Shown one piece after another: positions 63,309 through 64,000 of a DNA stretch of 64,000 nucleotides. The DNA lies in IMG/VR virus record IMGVR_UViG_3300042549_004948, positions 64,001-128,000 of that record; one strand, written 5' to 3'. The translations under genes and the position numbers were made by a program. Position 1 is the first letter of the stretch, and every line of letters starts with the position of its first letter. This stretch comes from a virus. Under the pieces are notes generated by a model. That model ran no database searches. It was not told the origin of the DNA and worked only from the letters and a program-made list of their open reading frames with translations.

Positions 63309-63737
63309 TTATAATCCAGTTGAACCGAACCCTCCTGAACCTCTTTCTGTATTTCTAGATTGTAATTCTTCAACTTCCTCTACATCAAAATAAGCAACAG
63401 GAATTAATACAAACTGAACTAATTTTTGTCCTGTGGCAATTATTTGAGGCATATCTGAAGTATTAATCATGTGTAAATGAACTTCTCCTTCATAATCTTC
63501 ATCAACAACACAAGCGCCAACAGAGAGACCTTGTTTTACTGCTACTCCTGATTTATTAAATGCAATCAATGCATAACCTCTAGGAACTTGAACTTTAATT
63601 CCTGATGGAATTAATACTGACTCTCCTGGTTTTAGTGACACTGTTTCAAAATCTTCTGGCACATAGAAGTCTATTCCTGCTGATGAAGATGTTCCTCTAT
63701 TTGGTGTTTTTACGTTTCGTAACTTTTGTAGTTTCAT
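63309..63737 (-). CDS. dut: trimeric dUTPase
   Basis: AGIDF, KSG, VDEDYEGE, KLVQ, RGSGGFGSTG. Confidence 0.95.
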   Translation of the reverse strand: MKLQKLRNVKTPNRGTSSSAGIDFYVPEDFETVSLKPGESVLIPSGIKVQVPRGYALIAFNKSGVAVKQGLSVGACVVDEDYEGEVHLHMINTSDMPQIIATGQKLVQFVLIPVAYFDVEEVEELQSRNTERGSGGFGSTGL

Positions 63738-63999
63738 TTTGTAAATCATTTTGGTAATCATTTAGTGAAGCCATATATGCAACACAATCTAGGAGATTGT
63801 CCTGTTTATGGTTATAAGCCTGTCTCGACAACTTAAGTGCAATCATACAGTTGTACATATCAACTGCAGTTAACTCTTTACGGCTTAATAACGATGCAAT
63901 CTTGGCAGCTTCTTGCATACCGTCTTGCATTGGCCCATATTGACGGGCCTTTTCTTCAGATCTCTTGTAGATGATCTCGTTTGCTTGTTCAAGTATATT
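63697..63999 (-). CDS. DUF6378-like protein (5' end beyond window)
   Basis: Open to window edge: ILEQANEII..R...RQYG...MIALKLSR....HK.DNL.D..AY. Confidence 0.7.
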   Translation of the reverse strand, partial: NILEQANEIIYKRSEEKARQYGPMQDGMQEAAKIASLLSRKELTAVDMYNCMIALKLSRQAYNHKQDNLLDCVAYMASLNDYQNDLQNETTKVTKRKNTK

Positions 64000-64000
64000 C

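Noticed and set aside
1-64000. Stop-codon reassignment
   Set aside because: Long conserved genes are intact in the standard code, TAG and TGA both end genes at tight junctions, and no suppressor tRNA was seen

Overview
64 kb of an AT-rich, gene-dense large (jumbo-type) dsDNA phage genome, most likely infecting Bacteroidota. Host evidence: a T9SS C-terminal-domain-like protein, Bacteroidota-type lipoproteins and TonB receptor, A-rich start regions without Shine-Dalgarno sequences, and TAnnTTTR -7 promoter elements. Essentially all real genes are on the minus strand in the standard code. Layout by + coordinate: (1) 1-21 kb, small accessory and virion-like genes (T5orf172, DUF932, ParB-like, PQ-loop, metallophosphoesterase, zincin peptidases, degenerate HNH), four copies of a ~140-bp promoter module with 25-bp dyad/IHF-like arrays, an aberrant tRNA-like RNA and an adjacent candidate pseudoknotted ncRNA. 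(2) 21-43.5 kb, a 22-kb nucleotide-sugar/glycosyltransferase cluster (RfbH, GME-like, Glf, RmlB-like, split transketolase, cupin-nucleotidyltransferase-kinase, GatZ-like, about 7 GTs). (3) 43.5-47 kb, a PD-(D/E)XK nuclease, tRNA-Leu, tRNA-Gln, a 156-nt tRNA-Asp-like RNA and a tmRNA with a 24-residue tag. (4) 47-59.6 kb, an exported/envelope module (two CsgG-like proteins, cohesin/dockerin protein, stand-alone T9SS CTD lipoprotein, GH19 endolysin, TonB receptor plus lipoprotein, secreted nuclease, DUF1501). (5) 59.6-64 kb, a remnant of a canonical thyA 3' end and an operon with a cytosine-type (T4 gp42-like) thymidylate-synthase homologue, dCMP deaminase and dUTPase. All family calls come from motif recognition by eye; no searches were run.
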